From positions 210,001-242,000 of the forward strand of contig BX248583.1 in the NCBI GenBank assembly GCA_000043285.1: a stretch of 32,000 nucleotides of DNA, in the 5' to 3' direction. This stretch comes from Candidatus Blochmanniella floridana (lineage in GTDB: Bacteria > Pseudomonadota > Gammaproteobacteria > Enterobacterales > Enterobacteriaceae). The position numbers were made by a program, and so were the translations under genes. Shown piece by piece: positions 28,785 through 32,000 of this stretch (its first letter is position 1; each line of letters begins with the position of its first letter). A model generated the notes under the pieces. The model saw only the letters and a program-made list of their open reading frames with translations, did no database searches and had not been told where the DNA came from.

Positions 28785-28820
28785 TTGATTTATGGTTATT
28801 GTAGTTAATGGATAGTAGTA

Positions 28821-29636
<816 letters not shown>

Positions 29637-29640
29637 TTAA

Positions 29641-30144
29641 TTAATCTATTTTCATTAAGTCATTGTCATTGTATAATACAACTGGATTGTTGTCGAAGTC
29701 TTTATTTAATGGATATTTAGCAGCTTTTCGAGCTAATTGATCACAACGTTCATTATCTGGATGTCCAGTATGGCTTTTTAACCAACGCCAATCTTTGATA
29801 TTATGTGGTTGTATTGCAATATCTAAACGACGCCATAAATCAATATTTTTTACTAATTTTGAGTCAGCGGTTTTCCAATGATGTTTTTTCCAAATTTGAA
29901 TCCACTGAGTAATTCCAGTTAATAAATATTGACTATCGCTATATAAAATAATCTGGCAAGAATTTTTAAGTGATTCTAACGCAATAATAGCTGCCATTAG
30001 TTCCATTCGATTATTGGTAGTGATATGATATCCTGCGCTAAATTCTTTTTTGTATTGTCTATAACGCAATATACCTGCACAACCCCCTGGGCCAGGATTA
30101 CCTAGACATGATCCATCAGTAAAAATTTCTATTTGTTTGTACAT
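29641..30144 (-). CDS. rnhA: Ribonuclease HI
   Basis: [18 protein letters not shown]...ILRYR...[24 protein letters not shown]...L.TDSQY...GIT.WI..WKK..WKTAD.K.VKN.DLW..LD......I.W.W.K.H.GHP.NERCD.LAR.AA; divergent from dnaQ, as in E. coli. Confidence 0.96.
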   Translation of the reverse strand: MYKQIEIFTDGSCLGNPGPGGCAGILRYRQYKKEFSAGYHITTNNRMELMAAIIALESLKNSCQIILYSDSQYLLTGITQWIQIWKKHHWKTADSKLVKNIDLWRRLDIAIQPHNIKDWRWLKSHTGHPDNERCDQLARKAAKYPLNKDFDNNPVVLYNDNDLMKID

Positions 30145-30200
30145 ATTAAGTGTATTATAGTGTAATTACAATAAATAGGTGTGATATAAAAATACAGAAT

Positions 30201-30977
30201 ATGAATATTAATTCTAATCGATATGTTGTTTTAGATACTGAAACTACTGGTATGAATAAATTTGGAGTACATTATGAAGGTCATAGGATTATTGAAATTG
30301 GAGCAGTGGAAATAATAAATCGGCGTTTAACAAATAACCAGTTTCATGTTTATCTTAATCCTAATAGATCTGTTGATTCTGAAGCTTTTGCAATACATGG
30401 TATTAGTGATCAATTTTTAGTAGATCAACCATGTTTTTTAGATATTGCAAATGATTTTTTACAATTTATTAGAGGTAGTACTTTAGTTATACATAATGCA
30501 TCATTTGATTTAGGATTTTTAAATTTTGAATTACATAATATTTATTTAAATTCTAGAACAGTAGAATCATATTGTACTGTTATAGATAGTCTCAAGCTTG
30601 CTCGTAAAATATTTCCAGGTCAGCGTAATAGTTTGGATGCTTTATGTGAGCGTTATTGTATTAAAAATAGTAAACGTATTTTACATAATGCATTAATTGA
30701 TGCTCAGCTTTTAGCTTATGTATTTTTAGTTATGACAGGAGGCCAAACTAGAATACAATTTATGGATATGTTAGATAATAGTGATACAAATATACTGAAT
30801 AATACTATAACGCATGATAATAAGTTTGAATTATGCTTGAATAATAGTGTGTGTACAGAAAAGAAATCGTTGAAAATTCTTTATGCTACTTCGATAGAAA
30901 AATTAGAACATGAAAAATATTTAGATTTTGTAATGAAAGCGTCTAATAATCAGTGTTTGTGGAGGAAGTGTAAATAA
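30201..30977 (+). CDS. dnaQ: DNA polymerase III epsilon subunit (3'-5' proofreading exonuclease)
   Basis: R..VLDTETTGMN..G.HYEGH.IIEIGAVE..NRRLT.N.FHVYL.P.R.VD.EAF..HGI.D.FL.D.P.F...A.EF...IRG..LVIHNA.FD.GF, FPG.RNSLDALC.RY.I.NSKR.LH.AL.DAQ.LA.V.L.MTGGQT. The ATG at 30201 matches the E. coli N-terminus; the ORF-track GTG at 30150 abuts the rnhA start. Confidence 0.94.
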   Translation: MNINSNRYVVLDTETTGMNKFGVHYEGHRIIEIGAVEIINRRLTNNQFHVYLNPNRSVDSEAFAIHGISDQFLVDQPCFLDIANDFLQFIRGSTLVIHNASFDLGFLNFELHNIYLNSRTVESYCTVIDSLKLARKIFPGQRNSLDALCERYCIKNSKRILHNALIDAQLLAYVFLVMTGGQTRIQFMDMLDNSDTNILNNTITHDNKFELCLNNSVCTEKKSLKILYATSIEKLEHEKYLDFVMKASNNQCLWRKCK

Positions 30978-30978
30978 T

Positions 30979-31017
30979 TGACTATAATTTATATATTAAA
31001 TATATAAATTATAGTCA
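30979..31017. repeat. Perfect 39-nt palindrome (17-19 bp stem) starting 2 nt after the dnaQ stop; possible terminator, processing site or protein-binding site
   Basis: tgactataatttatata-ttaaa-tatataaattatagtca. Every position pairs, which makes it the longest perfect inverted repeat I found in the window. It is not followed by a U-tract. Confidence 0.6.
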
Positions 31018-31131
31018 TTCAAGACGTATATTGTTCTGTTTTCTTTAATAAACTAAATAGATATGATATATTTCGTTGTTTTTCAATAATAAAGAGATTA
31101 TTATTGATTTGATTGTTTTTAGGAGAATATT

Positions 31132-31713
31132 ATGTATTCTAATATAATTTATAATGAGTTTGATAAAATCATAAAAATTATGCAAACGTTTATAAAAACT
31201 GAAAATTATGTAAATAAAATACAATCTGCTGCGAAATTAATTTCTAATGCTTTTAAGGCAGAAGGTAAGGTGTTGTCTTGTGGTAATGGAGGATCACACT
31301 GTAATGCAATGCATTTTGCAGAGGAATTGACTGGTCGGTATAGAGCAAATAGACCAGGGTATCCAGCTATTGTTATATCTGATCCATCTTATTTATCTTG
31401 CGTGAGTAATGATTTTGGTTATGAAAATATTTTTGCACGTTTTATAGAATCTGTAGGAAAATCAACAGATATATTGTTTGCTATTTCTAGCTCTGGAAAA
31501 TCTAAAAATATTTTAAAAGCTATTACATCTGCTTACAATATAGGGATGAAGGTGATTTTTTTAACAGGAGATGGTAGTTGTAAACAAATTTCTAATTATG
31601 TTAATGTAGAAATTTGTATTCCATATGCAGAATATTTAGATTATGTTCAAGAAATTCATATTAAAATTATTCACACGATAATTTTAATTGTAGAAAAAGA
31701 AATGTTAATTTAA
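31132..31713 (+). CDS. gmhA: Phosphoheptose (sedoheptulose-7-phosphate) isomerase, LPS core heptose pathway
   Basis: GKVLSCGNGGSHC.AMHFAEELTGRYR.NRPGYPAI.ISD.S..SCV.NDFG...IF.R..E.VG...D.L..IS.SG.S.N..KAI..A...GMKVI.LTG...QEIHIK.IH..I..IEKEM is almost collinear with E. coli GmhA (193 vs 192 aa). Confidence 0.96.
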   Translation: MYSNIIYNEFDKIIKIMQTFIKTENYVNKIQSAAKLISNAFKAEGKVLSCGNGGSHCNAMHFAEELTGRYRANRPGYPAIVISDPSYLSCVSNDFGYENIFARFIESVGKSTDILFAISSSGKSKNILKAITSAYNIGMKVIFLTGDGSCKQISNYVNVEICIPYAEYLDYVQEIHIKIIHTIILIVEKEMLI

Positions 31714-31864
31714 GTGCATATGGTATGTTGAAATTGAATAAAAATTATTAAGTGATTATAGTTTATATTAGTGAGTTTTGTAGTTATTATATGGCTGTGT
31801 ATGTTATATAAAACAGTGTGTGAATTGAGATCTATACCGTTGCATAGTTGATTAGATTAAACGC

Positions 31865-31937
31865 GCCGATATAGCTTAATTGGTAGAGCAATGCATTCGT
31901 AATGCAAAGGTTGTAGGTTCGAATCCTATTGTCGGCA
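31865..31937 (+). tRNA. thrW: tRNA-Thr (anticodon CGU)
   Basis: GCCGATATAGCT.A.TTGGTAGAGCA..GCATTCGTAATGC.AAGGT.GTAGGTTCGA.TCCTATT.TCGGCA is collinear with E. coli thrW. The cloverleaf was folded by hand. No encoded CCA. Confidence 0.92.
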
Positions 31938-32000
31938 AGTGGATGAATGATTTACCTTTTGTTCAATATTTATATTGTGTGTAGAGTGTGTATTATGATT

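Overview
This window is a very AT-rich, gene-dense, mostly plus-strand stretch that looks like the reduced genome of an Enterobacterales insect endosymbiont. A Blochmannia-like lineage is my guess from gene content and composition; I cannot verify it. I could not compute G+C. All homology calls are by-eye alignments to E. coli proteins and RNAs recalled from memory.

Contents:
- 47 CDS, one truncated by the window edge.
- Five tRNAs: thrU-tyrU-glyT-thrT and thrW.
- One isolated 5S rRNA.
- One decayed pseudogene (coaA).
- The core is the complete S10-spc-alpha ribosomal-protein superoperon (rpsJ to rplQ, 11.1-25.2 kb). It includes two small genes missing from the ORF track: rpmD (20055-20231) and rpmJ (22091-22207).
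- Flanking genes are tyrA, pheA, bamD, rluD, clpB, murB, birA, bfr, fmt, def, tsaC, aroE, gloB, rnhA, dnaQ and gmhA.

I see no mobile element, CRISPR array, toxin-antitoxin or defence island, and no unexplained multi-gene cassette. I do not think this window holds a novel 'system'.

What is worth a second look is reductive remodelling:
1. pheA has lost its chorismate-mutase domain, with a relic still visible upstream, and its regulatory-domain motifs are not conserved.
2. birA has lost its repressor DNA-binding (wHTH) domain.
3. coaA is a frame-preserved but stop-riddled relic.
4. Bfr has lost its haem-ligand Met52.
5. The 5S rRNA gene sits alone between aroE and gloB.
6. The window consists of four E. 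coli-syntenic blocks. They are joined exactly where E. coli carries repeated genes (rrnG/rrnB, tufB/tufA, rrnD/rrnH).

Coordinates of RNA genes and revised starts were derived by hand.
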